From Geosiphon pyriformis uo1 (lineage: Eukaryota; Fungi; Glomeromycota), in assembly GCA_016748015.1 (NCBI GenBank), contig JAAOMT010000664.1, positions 997,518 to 1,061,517 of the forward strand: a stretch of DNA of 64,000 bases, given 5' to 3'. A model generated the notes under the pieces. The model was not told the DNA's origin and searched no databases. It was given only the letters and a program-made list of their open reading frames with translations. Shown here in pieces: positions 14,156 through 27,498 of the stretch. Made by a program: the position numbers and the translations under genes. How positions within the stretch are numbered: position 1 is the stretch's first letter; every line of letters starts with the position of its first letter.

Positions 14156-15877
14156 TCATTTAGATTCGTCTAAATATATTATATAGCAAAATAAATAAGT
14201 GTTAAAAAATAGCATATCCATAAGTTTTATATTAAACCTTTTTTTTTAACTTCTTACCTTTAGGTAAATAGACTAATTCTTTTAAAATAGAATAGTAAAA
14301 TAAATTAATGTAAATTTTTAATATACTATATAACAATTAAATCAATGAATTAATCAACGTAAAAACTCTAATAAATTAAATAAACTAACCTTTAGTAAAA
14401 TCAATCATTTGCAAAGTTAAAACACGACTTGTATAAACTGCTCCTGGATTAATACGAGTTGTTGTTCTCGTTTTTGATTGATTTGTTGTCGTTGAGTCGT
14501 CACTTTCTGCCATTTCTTTTACGTATTTATCTGATTCTCGAAACTGAAAATCTACAGTTTTAAACTCTTCTATCTTTGAAACTTCATCTGTATCTTTTAC
14601 AACCCACTTATACATGTTCAACAACTTATTTGCAACTTCATCGGCAGTAAGCCGATTCTTAGGATCAGCATCCCAACACTTTACAATTATTTCAGCGATG
14701 CAAGGTGGAATAAGGGGGGAAGTAATCTTAGGTCTTTGACCATTTAAAATAACCATTATAAGAATATGATCATGAGAAAAATCATAAAAAGGAGGCTTTC
14801 CTGTTGCTAATTCCCATAATAACATGGAGAAACTATAAATATCACCAGCTGTTGTAAACTTTTCTCCTCTTAAAACTTCTGGCGGAATGTATGGAATCAC
14901 TCCATATATCTTTTTTTCTTTCGTGTCTTTTCTTGTTGTTGTTGTTGCTTCATGGTTTACTGGTTGACATAATTTGAGGTCGCAAATAATCACTTCCTCC
15001 TTCTCTAATTGTAGGATGTTGCCAGAGTGTAGGTCACGATGAGCCATACCAGCAAAATGAAGTTGTGAAAGTCCAGAAGCCATATCACCCGCGATCAATA
15101 ATTTATCTTCCCAACTCATGGAATGAAAATTTGTTGATAAATATTTTCGCATATCTCCAAGTTTAACAAAGGGCATGACAATTCCATACTCCAGTGTTTC
15201 AGTGTTTTGCGTAATCCCCAATATTTTAGAGATATATCCCAAAAACCCATTGTTAATAAACATAGTTCTTTGAATATTTAACTATCAACGATAATAATAT
15301 ACAGTAAATAAATAAATAAATAAATAATAAGTAAAAATAAAATAATTAAAAATGAATTTTAGATAAATAATAATAATAATAATAACAATAATATAAATAT
15401 AAATATAAATAATAATAGATTGTTTACCTCTTTAAACACTTCTTCACTGTTCGTTGACATAATTTTTATTACTACTTCTACTGTTCCTTCTCTTTTATAT
15501 TCCATTTCACCATTATGTTTTATACTTCTTACATCAATTAATCCATCAATTAGAGTTGCTTTATAAATTATACTGAACCCTCCTCTAGCAATTTCCTTGA
15601 TATTCGACAAACGCTCCCATGGAATCCATTCATAGTAAGTCAAACTACCATATCTATGATTAGTAGGTGGAATATAGATTGGATTCTTAATTATTTCATC
15701 CACTTCTTTATTGCCGCTTGAAAAGTTCTTATAAAGTTTTTCAAAAAAAATGAACCAGCATGCTCGACAAGAATTATTACTATTATTTTTATTTTTAATA
15801 CTGTATTGACACCAATAACACACATTGCAATCATGTGTTTTTGGACGAGTTGTTCTTTTAATTTTTTTGTTTTCCAT
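14156..15877 (-). CDS. TKL-type Ser/Thr protein kinase with Cys-rich N-terminus, 4 exons
   Basis: Exons 15877-15428, 15281-14390, 14278-14258 and 14169-14156, all with GT-AG introns. Motifs: IARGGFSIIYKA, VVIK, HRDLHSGN, DLK (DFG position), YGVIPYIPPE, DIYSFSMLLWE, CWDADPKNR, and the C-terminal NPGAVYTSR motif typical of Glomeromycota kinases. Confidence 0.88.
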
Positions 15878-16176
15878 GGTATGAATAAGAACGGATAAAA
15901 TGTGAATATATTATTATTCGAAGAGGGTTTTTTTGAAAATATTTATTTGATGGTACGTTTAAAAAATAATTAATTTAAACGCCGAGTTCTTATTTATATT
16001 ATTTCTCTGTGTTCACATAATTAGAAATTAATTTATTAATTTTAAAAAATGGGTCTTTACTATGATTCGCTATAAATCATTCTGAAAAAATTTAATTATT
16101 TTGTTTAACTTTTACAGATCTGTGAACAGGAGCATTTATTAAATGACCTATGACTTATATATTCTATTAATAGTCT

Positions 16177-16250
16177 AATAGGTTAATTGGTGAATAGGTT
16201 AATGAGTGAATAGGTTAATGGGTGAATAGGTTAATGGGTGAATAGGTCAA
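16177..16250. repeat. 16-bp tandem repeat (AATAGGTTAATGGGTG) x ~4.5
   Basis: Read directly. It lies in a block whose flanks recur at ~56370-56640. Confidence 0.85.
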
Positions 16251-19200
16251 CTTGATTGGTTTTAACTTCGGATTTTCTAAATCTTAAAAAGGCTTATCTT
16301 TTAAAATAAATTAACATGCGTTAATAATAGAAATTTTTATGATATAATTATTTTTAGTTTGCCTAATACTAAAACAGAAAATTTTTATCAATGGTTCCTT
16401 TTAATTATTAATTATTCGGTTGAGTTATTCCCAAGAGAAAAAATTATCTACAAGAAAATTTTTATAAACTAATTAATTAGAGAAAAGGAATAAGGGAGAT
16501 TTGAATTTCAAGTTTTGACTAGATTAAACTGCTATAATGAGTAAGTTTGTTACTAATTTACCATTCTATTATATTAAAATATTAAATTCAAATTTTATTT
16601 TCTATTAGACTCAAGTTTAATTTCTTATGTTGACTATGTATTCATAATCAAGAAATAATAAAAATTATCTTAATTTAACAATTTGTAATACTGCCATTTA
16701 TCATCTTTAGAACTTAATATTCAATAATAAAATTAATAATTTGTTGAAATTTTAAACATTATATAACCATTTGATAAATGTTTTAGTTAAAATTTCAAAT
16801 ATGTAAAAAGATATTATTTACGTTTATATTAATAATATATAGAAAAATATATTAAAAAAGACTTAAAACTTTGATTAAAAATAATAATACATTAAATATA
16901 ATTAATAAACTAATTACATATAATATTCCTAATTGTTTGTAAACTTTTTTTCAAATTTATAATTTAATACATATAAATTAAATTCATTAATTTAAATTAA
17001 TTCAAAATTTTTTATATAATTTATATTAAAATATATAAATAATCATTCAATCAATATTTTTAATTATAAATAAATATTATTATAATATTATTATTTTAAT
17101 TGATTATTTTTTTTTAATAAATAATAATAATTTGTATAAATTTTTTTCAATATTATTTTATTAAATATACCAAAAATATTCTAATTAATTTTTAATATTG
17201 AATTAACCAGATAAAAAATTAATAAAAAGTTTACAATTCCTTTGAGTATTTGGATATTTTCATACCAATAGCAAGTTTTATAAGTATAAGTATTTTTTTA
17301 TTGTTTAATGAGTGTAGCTATTTTACAAATAGAAGAATCATTAATTTTTTTATGATTATTGACTTAAAAATATTACTTTAATAATTATAACAATCTAACA
17401 AAAATTTTTATTAGAATGTAATCTAAATAATTTTTTTACAATTTTAACAAAATAATTTTTTATCAAAATTTAAAATACTTTCAATTCCTTTTAATTAAAT
17501 ATCATTATTTAAATAATAATTAATAAATACAATCAAGTTTTTTATGTTACATAAATAATAAAAAAATTAAACATCCAAGTACAAAACTTTGTTAAAATAT
17601 TTTATTAGTATTGAATAAAATTATATTACATACATTTGAAAAAAATAATAATTTATTATTATTTTCAAAATACAACAATTTATTTGCAATCATATTATGC
17701 CAAATTATTAATTAATAAGATACCTGATAAATGTGCAAGTAAGTTTATTTATTCAAGGTAAGTTTTTTAATTAAAGTATTAATATAACAACTTGTTTGTC
17801 ATAAACCGAGTTAATAATTATAGTAAAATTATAGCAGATAATTTTACTATAATTTTGAATGTAAAATTAAATCAATTAAAAACAGGAATTATGCCTTATT
17901 TTTTATTGGTCAATACTCTATTATCTGATAATGACTATAGATAAATCATCGGATTTATTAAGTCTGATGAAAAACATCTTAAAATCGATCTCATTATGCC
18001 ATATTATTTAATTAAAATTGATGATGACATAATTGACCATAAAAAATATAAAGTTGAAAATGTTATAAGTATGATAAAAACTATGCAATTGTTGGTTTAA
18101 ATACTGTGCTTACACATCTTAAACAAAAAAATTGTAATAACATTAGTAAAAAACTCTCTAATCTCAAAAGCAAATAAGTTGGAATAATTTAAATATCTTA
18201 TATAGTTTTGGCTATAATTTTCATCATACATATGTAATAACTACAACAATGATAGCAATAACGATTCTGTTAATCCCTTTTAATTGTTACACTAATCAAG
18301 TTAATTCGAAGCACAATCAAATTTGGATTAACGAGAGTGACCGGCATAATAGAGCATATGGAGCGTCGGACTAGTCAAAGGTAATCCTCCAGACTAACAG
18401 CAACTTCGAATATTCGTCCAGAGTGGAACCCGACCAAGCCAAAAACCTTACCGTTCAAGAATCAAGAATTTCTTAAGCCTTATTTTTGCTCATCACATTG
18501 AACCCAGAGCCTGCACGGGCCATGAGTTGAAAAACTTTTTTTTGATGGGGTCAAAGATTTTTTTCGCTCGGGTTGTTGCATTTTCGAGCCGTAGTGCTCC
18601 ACAATATTGGCATACGTCCAGTCATCGACGGACATTTTGTAAATCCATTGGTCTGAAAAGTAGCAAGCTTAGTCAGGATGAATGGAGTAATCTCAACAGG
18701 TATATGCGTGTGGTTTTAGGCAATGTCACATGTTCGTGAAAACTCATTAACCGTTAACACAATAAATCCAAAATTATTTATACATATATATATTACACAA
18801 AAGTTTCTAAAAAGATCATATATATGGATACAAATATTTCTTAAATTATTTCATATGGGTTGGGATTAAAAACAATTGACAATTATTTCAATTTTAAACT
18901 CAATCGATTAAATTAATCTATTTAATTTATGCAAAAAAGCTATTGAAGAAAATTTTCATCAAAAATAAATTGAATTTCTTCGAAAAGGATAAACTCTTTA
19001 ACATCTTAATAGGTTTCAGATATCGTAAAATTTCGTTTTTGAGGAAAATTCAAAACTTTATTAATGTCATCCCAATAAAATTAATGTTATCCGAAACAAT
19101 TTAGAATTTAAAAAACTCGCGTTTGAACCAAGGTTTGTCCGTGAAAATGATTATATAAATAAACACAAGCTGAATCAAAAAAGGACAGTTTAGATGTTTC

Positions 19201-19253
19201 ATTTTATACTTGGGGCAGATAATACTTGAAAATATTTGAGACTCAATGATAAA

Positions 19254-20712
19254 ATGCATTCCCAAATTAAATATTTTTCAAAATTTTTATTTGCCTTAGT
19301 GATGGCTTGCTTTTATTTTAATCAAAGTTTATACAAGATATTCTCCCGGTCGTTGCAAGATCGAGAGGTTTTCAGTAGTGGTATTTTAGAAATAAAGGAA
19401 ACTAAGGATAATTTAATAGATGCTGCAAGAAATTTTAGCGTTATAGGTAAGGGAAAATTATAGAAATTGAAACCATATTCCTAAATTAAAAGTTCAAAAA
19501 AATTAATGCTTATTTTTACAAAAAAGTGAAAAGAAATGATATTCATGGAACGCTAGCATCCCAAATCCCTGTAACTCTAAAATTAGTACAATCAGCAAAA
19601 ACACATATCCCTCAAGGGGACATAGTAAAATTTCTGAAAGAAATGGCTGAAGTCGCAAACTATCCCTACTGTTTTCCACATAAAAATGAAATTGGACAAG
19701 CTATTAAAGAGGAAAACATTATTGGTGAATTTTATCGAACCTTCTTTTATGGTTTTTCAGAGATTTTATAAAAAAAACTTGAATTTAATGATGAATTTCG
19801 AATTTAATAGCTCACATAGATCAAAAGGAATTGGATAACAGATACATCCGGATTTATTTTCGAGGAGCACATCTCACTAAGGAAGAATGGAAAAGAAGAA
19901 CCTTTCATCTTTCTAGTTTAGAATGGTATGAAGAATCTGACAAGATGGTCCTTGTGGATCATACCTGGCTTAAGCATGTTAAAAAAATGATGCCTTATAT
20001 CCTCTACAAAGTCGAAAATATTCTTGATCCAACAAATACTTTACCCTTGAAATTTTTTTTTATTGGTCATGGAATAGGGGGAGGTAAAATTTTTAATTGT
20101 ATAGTCATTTGGGTTTACAATCATGTATTAAATTCATATGTTAATTACAGAAATTTATATATTATAAAGCATATGCTACTATAGCCTCTTTGCTTTTTCG
20201 ACGTACTATTTTAACCTCACGTTCTGAAAGCTTGAATAAAATTGCTTTTGAAATCTGTCTAGTAACTTTCGGTGCCCCACGAATTGGAAATTTGGATTTT
20301 GTAAAATTCAGCAAAAGGGTGATGAGTAATCATCGCATTTACCGTGTGACTCATTCAAATGACGATATTCCTCGAGATTCAATGCCCAAGAGTAAATTAT
20401 TACATCTTGAAAAAGAGTACTGGATTTCTAAACCAAATTGTGATTGTGATTCCCAAGATATTAAAGATTATGATATCTACAGTTGTATTCAAAGAACAAG
20501 TCAAAATAAAATTGATGAGCACCCGGTAAGCACAAAAATCTGGATAGTTTTTTGAGCTCAAAAATTAATCTTATTGTTCTGGCTACAAATAATTTTTTTT
20601 TCAGGAGTGTAACCTTGGTACCATTAACAATTCAAATGAAAATATTGCTCATTTCGGGCCATATTTTGGAGTAACAATAGGTAATTGTACTGGTTTAGAG
20701 GGTGAACCTTAA
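19254..20712 (+). CDS. Class-3 lipase-like (alpha/beta hydrolase) protein, probably secreted or membrane-anchored, with the catalytic Ser replaced by Gly
   Basis: Five exons join in frame: 19254-19446, 19527-19724, 19811-20083, 20170-20525, 20605-20712. Motifs: N-terminal hydrophobic segment, ANYPYC, IYFRG, FIGHGIGGAYA, VTFGAPRIGN, RVTHSNDDIPR, HLEKEYWI, AHFGPYFG. Confidence 0.85.
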
Positions 20713-21081
20713 TCAAATATTGGCAATAGTTTTTTAAAAANNNNNNNNNNNNNNNNNNNNNNNNNNNNNNNNNNNNNNNNNNNNNNNNNNNNNNNNNNNN
20801 NNNNNNNNNNNNNNNNNNNNNNNNNNNNNNNNNNNNNNNNNNNNNNNNNNNNNNNNNNNNNNNNNNNNNNNNNNNNNNNNNNNNNNNNNNNNNNNNNNNN
20901 NNNNNNNNNNNNNNNNNNNNNNNNNNNNNNNNNNNNNNNNNNNNNNNNNNNNNNNNNNNNNNNNNNNNNNNNNNNNNNNNNNNNNNNNNNNNNNNNNNNN
21001 NNNNNNNNNNNNNNNNNNNNNNNNNNNNNNNNNNNNNNNNNNNNNNNNNNNNNNATCTTAATTTTTAATGCTAATTTTTAG

Positions 21082-22336
21082 ATATATGTATACCGGAATG
21101 ATTGATTTGAATAAAGAAAAGGGGGTGGATGTCTTGCAAATACTGATAGCTGCTGATGAGCTCGAACTTCTCGAGTTAATCAATTATTGCCAAGAGCATC
21201 TTATTGAAAAGGAATCTAAATGGCTTCAAGAAAATGCTGTTAAAACCATGCAAACAGTTTCTTATCATGAAGCTTTTGGAAAACTGAAGGAACATTATTC
21301 TCGAATGGTTGAGGATAACCCAGATTTTATCTTTAAATCAAATGACTTCCTTTCTTTGGAAGAATCGGTTCTTGTGTTCTTGCTAGAAATAGATGACCTT
21401 GATATGAAGGAAATTGAAGTGTGGAAATCTCTAATCAAATGGGGTATTGGAAACACACCAAGACTTGTCAAAAAGAAGTTAGTGAGCTGGGGTGCAGAAG
21501 ATTTTGCTGCACTTGAGAAAACCATTCACAAATGCATCCCATTGATAAGATATTGTGACATCTCTGGGGATGACTTTTTTGACCATGTTATACCATATAA
21601 AAAAGTTTTACCGAAGAGCTTAAAGAATGAAATCTGGGCATACCATCTTAAGACTATACCTCAACCACCAACGCATATTCTTCCATCCCGAGTTCGTTTC
21701 GCCGAATCTCTGATCATAAAATCACGACATGTTAATATCATCTCTTCATGGATTGACAAAGAGACTGCTACATTGAATTACAAATCTCCCTACACCTTCA
21801 ACCTTATATATCGAGGCAGTCGTGATGGCTTTACAGGAAGAAGTTTTCAAAATAGATGTGCCGATTACGTAAACACCGTTGTTGTAGCCAAGATAGCTGG
21901 ATCTGGGAAAATTGTGGGAGGCTATAATCCCACATACTGGGGAGACTTGGTTTTCCGCAATCAATATTATAATCGTTGTGGATATTATAATAGGGATGAA
22001 TATTATAATGGGGATGAATTTTATTATAATGAGGCTAAAATTCATTTTGATCGTTCTGAGGAATATTTGAGTGCGTCTGATGCTTTTATTTTTAATTTGG
22101 GTGATGGGAAAAATTCTAACCTCATAAAGGTTGCTCATAGTACAAGTGAAAATCAAATAGCGTATAATCCCAATTATGGACCATATTTTTATAGTGATTT
22201 ATTCTTTGGCAATAGTTCTAACGAGAAAGAATCATGCTGGTATAAGCCGAGCTCCTACAAACCTCAAATTTTTGATAATGAATTTAGTTTTCACCTTGAT
22301 GAGTTGGAAGTATTTCAGGTAATAAAAAATATATAA
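21082..22336 (+). CDS. BTB-BACK-TLDc protein, exon 2 (exon 1 presumably in the N-gap)
   Basis: Acceptor TTTTTAG|ATATATG, then an uninterrupted ORF with AADELEL, LIKWGI, LIYRGSRDGF, IVGGYNP, GPYF, ELEVFQV. Confidence 0.9.
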
Positions 22337-25300
22337 AACTACCATATCAATGGCTAAGCAAAACGTTGCTTTTTGTAAATGAGATTTTATTTGGTTTTTT
22401 TAATTCTTATAATAATTATGTGCCATTTCTATCTGATTTGGCCTGATTCTTTCTTATTAATATATTTTTGATAAATTTAGAAAATTATATTTAGAGTTAA
22501 TTGGGAAATCTTATCTAAAAACTTTGCTTATTCATTTCCGAACAAACCAAATTCAAATGCAATAATATTTTGTTTTTTTATTAATTTACTTTCTACTCAT
22601 TCGAGGTAAAAAAGACGAGCACTATCTCTGTATCTTTACCTCGCATCAAATGTATCTTAGAAAAACTATTTTATTGTTACTTATTATCATTTAGTTGTTT
22701 TAAATTTTTTGGCTAATTTTGTTTTAGTAAATCTAAAAATAAACCAAAAACAGTTGTTTTGAATTTTATAAATATTTTGAATATAAATTCATTTTATTTG
22801 AATTTATGAATATTTTTGTAAATAATGTTTTCTAAAAATATTTAAGTCAATTCGTAATATTTTATCTAAAAAATAATTAAAAATAATTAAAAAATACAAT
22901 TATTATATATTAATTTGTATTATAATATTTTTTAAATGCAAAATTGAATACATTTTTATAGCAAATAACACCAAAATAGATTCAAAAAAATTGACGTTAT
23001 TTTTTCTTAATATTTTTTAAAAACTTTTAAGATGGTCAATGTTTTCTTAAATTTGCAAATAAATATTATCAAAAACTTTCAAAAATAGCAAAAACTTACT
23101 AAAAACTAAATAAAATAGACCAGCAGATAAAACATTTCAAAACTTAAAAAATATTTGTTTTAGCTTCTATTTAATTATGCTAAATCCCAAATATTATGCT
23201 TTAAATGTTTTTTCTTTAACCATATACTGATTATATTTCATGGCTTTTTATTTAAACAAACTAACTTTAACAAAAATTAATGGTAAAGTTTATTCTTAAA
23301 CTCTTGATTATTATATAATATGTTTAGTGTAATATTATTATTTAATAGTGGTTAATTTAAAATAGTTGTATTTTGTTATTATAAAAATTTGAAATTCTTT
23401 ACAAATTTTAACAACTTTATTTAAACCAATTTATAGAGTTTTTATTATTATTAGGTTTTAACTTTGTGTTTACACATAAATATTGAAAGCAGGAAAAAAG
23501 TCCAATTTAAATATTAACCAAATTTTATTACAATAAACAATATTTATAAATAAATCAATTAAGATTAGTAATTTGAAACTTTAAATGTTACAAACTTGAT
23601 ATAATTTATTAACTTTTAATTATTTTGGAATTAATAAAAGTTTTTAACATGTTTAACTTAAAATATATATGCAAATAAAAATATTAAAACATTAATTTTA
23701 TAAATTATTACAATTTTTTTTGTATTAACTAATCAATAATAATTATTTTCAAGAATTTTATTATAAATTTAATTTTATATTATTTATTGTCAATCAATTT
23801 ATTATAATAATATATTTTTTAATTTGTAATAAAACTATTACTATTAATAAAATTACAGAATTAATCTTTTTTAAAGTTTGCTTTTTATTATTCAAATTAT
23901 TAAAAATCAAAATTAATTTATTTACTGCTTCTATACAAAAACTGATAATCAAACTGAAAAAAAAACAATTTTAAACAATATTTAAAATATCTAATTAGTC
24001 ATTATTAAAAAATAAACAAAATTTTCACACATGGTATAATTTTTATACAAAAATTTATATATAGTTTTATTAACTAACCACTATATTTTGTAAATTATCG
24101 CTATTATTTCTTAATTGAAAATATAATTTTTTTTAAAAAGTTTTGCCCGTGTAAATTATATAAAACAATTTTAAATAATTGTAATATATTTAATTGAAAA
24201 TTGAACATATTCAGTTCAAATAAAATAACTAATTAATTAAAATTAAGAAAATCTTTTAATTTCAAAATTGATAATTAAAAAATAACGGCTGAATGACACT
24301 GTATGAAATAATAAATAATTAAATGTGGGTTTTTCAACTCAGTATTATAATATTTAATTATTAAAAAACCTGGACTTGTTAAAGTTTTTGGCAAATTTTA
24401 AAATTTATGTATTTTATAAAGTACATATTCAAATTATTAAATTTTATTATTATTATTATTTGAAACAAAACAAAATATAAGGTAATTAAAATATTTGACT
24501 TAAAACTTATTTAAATAAGTCTTAATATGTAATAAAATAAATAATTACTTTTAAAATTGTACAAAATTAATTAATTATACGAAGACTTAAAAAAAACTAA
24601 AAAATTATTATTTTCAATACTTTTAATGATATTGTTACAAATTAGAATAATATAAAAGAAAACAACTAAAAACAATATAAATTTTAAAAATTTTAACAAA
24701 ATAGCAAATTTAAAATATATTAAAAAATAATTGTTAATTTATTTGACTCATAAATTTATTCCAAAGGTCAATTAATAAGTTATCAATTTAATTAACAATT
24801 AAATTAACAATTAAAACAACAACTTCTAAAATTTGTTATTAAAACATTTATATTCTATTAAAACCTACAAAATATTTTTTATTAAGACATTAGTAATAAT
24901 AATATTAATTTTTTAAAGTTATATTAATATATCTTTTTAAATTTTATTAATTATAACGAAGTTTCTCTATTACATAAAAAAAAAATTTATTTTTTTATTT
25001 CAAATGTCTTAAATTAAATATGATTCACGTGCTTTCTACATGTAACCAGACGTAAGCCCAGTCGAGACAAAACGATGTTAAATCTATATAAAAAAAACAG
25101 CCATTTTATGCACAATTATAATTAAACTATTATTATCATAACTAAACTGGCTAATTATATAGCAGTCTTATTTGCATCATATTTAATATTAAGAGTCTGC
25201 AGCTCTCAAAGTATCATCATTCTAGTAAACTTTTTTTTACTTACAAAAGAATCTGGGTTTTTTTCAAAAATATTATTATTACTATTTACACCATATTTTA

Positions 25301-27498
25301 TTTTAAGACTTACTATCTTTCTTGCTCAAATTATTAACAATTTTCTCCAAAAATGTCAATATTTTTCTCAATTGCAAGAATTCTATTTGCTGTTTTAATC
25401 TTTACAAAAACATAATTACCAATAAATTTTTTATCACAAAAATTAAATATAAAATCTTGTACTAGCAAAGTAAAGCACAAATATTTCAATGCTAACTACA
25501 GACTTGAACAAAAACTTTAGAAGAAGAAATAATAATATTTTGTAATTAGAAACCAAATAGTTTATACTTTAGTACTTAAATTATTGCCAATAACAAAGAG
25601 TTTCTTATTAAATATAGTTTTTTTTTAATTTACTAGTTTTATAAATAATGATATTCAAAAGCAATCTAAAAAGTAAATATAACAATTACATATTTTAGTT
25701 GTCAAAAAGAATTAAAAGATTAAAAATAAAAGAGATACAGCTATAAACTTAAGAAACCAATTTGTTAATTTCAAAGACAGTATAACCAGAAAAAAGATTA
25801 ACTAACTTGATCTTAAATATATAATAAAAAACATTAACTTTTTTTTGATTAAAAAGAAAAAAATTCTAATATTATCTTTTATTAACAAAACCTATTAGCA
25901 AATAAGAGCAGTTTTAACAGATTTAGAATTCTTGAAATACACAACAACATATTATTATTAATTAGTAAACTAAAACTTAGTACTTAAAACTTTAGAGTAA
26001 GTTAGTTATTAATTTTTTATCAAAAACTTTGGAGTTCTTGGAAAAAACAGAGAGCACATTAGGATTATTTTTGGTAGGCCTTTTGATAAAACTTTGTAAG
26101 GAAAAAAACTTTCAACCAAAGATAAAAACAGTGCTTTAAAACTAGCAAAAGACTGGTCTATTACTACTTTATTGAAGAAAAGTTATTAGGTGCTTCAGAA
26201 AATAAAAAGGTTGCAACTTTTTTACTTTTTACTCTGGATGTGGTCTAAAAATATGAGAATTTTTAATTTTATTATAACAATTTATTGTATTTTTTTTTGT
26301 GGTAATACTTTTAGCTTAATTAACGCCAATTATTATTATGAAATTTTGTTGTTTTAAGTTTTTAGTATTTTTTAAGTTTATTTATAACTTTGCTTTTTTC
26401 AGTTTTTAGTTTTATTTTTTTATTTTGATTCAATAAGTTTAAAATAAAATAAAATTAATTTGAAATTTGAAATCTCTTAAATAAAACTTAAATAATTTGA
26501 TCAACTTATTAAACTTAATTAGATAATTTTTAAACCAATTTTAGTGTCGAGTTAATGAAATTTCGAAAAATTATTGTTATAGAAATTTAGTATTGAAATT
26601 TTTTTCAAAAATGCTTTAAAATTAAAAAAATGAAACAAAAAGCAAAATAATATTAATATTTCAAATATTAATTTTGAATGGTTTAAACAAAAGATCAACT
26701 TATTTAGAGCTAATATAAATAAATTAAAATTTTAAAGAATTATTTAGTTATAAAATTTCTGCTTAATTGAGTGATCCGTTAAAATAATATATCTGTAATA
26801 CAGAATTATATCATAATTATTTAAAATTATCTAAATTGCTTCATTATAAGTTGACTTTTTGCTTTTCAATTAAGTTTTATCAAGGCTTGTTCCAATTGTG
26901 AACGTAAACTATGAATAAAGATTTTAATCACAAAAAGAAAATGGCAAGTTTAAAAACGAATAACTAATAATTTTCGCACAATCAATAAGTGCAGAATAGA
27001 TTTAGAAAAAGAACTCTTTTACTCAACAGTTGGCCATCTTTATCTCAATCCAAAAGAAAAATTTATAGCGTGGGTTGATTGTCACCTAAACAAAAATTAA
27101 AACATAGCTAGTCTTTTTTGTTTTGAGCAAAAAATGGATATTAAAAATAGGTAGCAATTTTCACAAAACAATAACCTAAAACATACTAGCTGTATTGGTA
27201 GAAAAATTTTCAGCATGCTATTTTAAAGTTATAGATTTTTGATTATATAAATATAAATTCAGTCTTGTAAGGCTTAGACCTAATTTAATTTAATTTAATT
27301 TAATTTGGCGATTCCTAAAAAAGATGGGGTGTAGGACTTGAAAGATTGCTCATTTTCTTTATAAAATTACAAAATAGTTGTACATGTGAAAATTGCATAA
27401 TTAATCTCCTTAAATCAGTGATTGATTGATTGATTTATTAATAAATCAGGGTTTTGAAAGTGGGGAATCATCGAAGTTTTTACTCCTCTATTTTCATT

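Noticed and set aside
16177-16250. Possible CRISPR-like or telomeric array
   Set aside because: Head-to-tail 16-mers without unique spacers, and not TTAGGG; a simple minisatellite.
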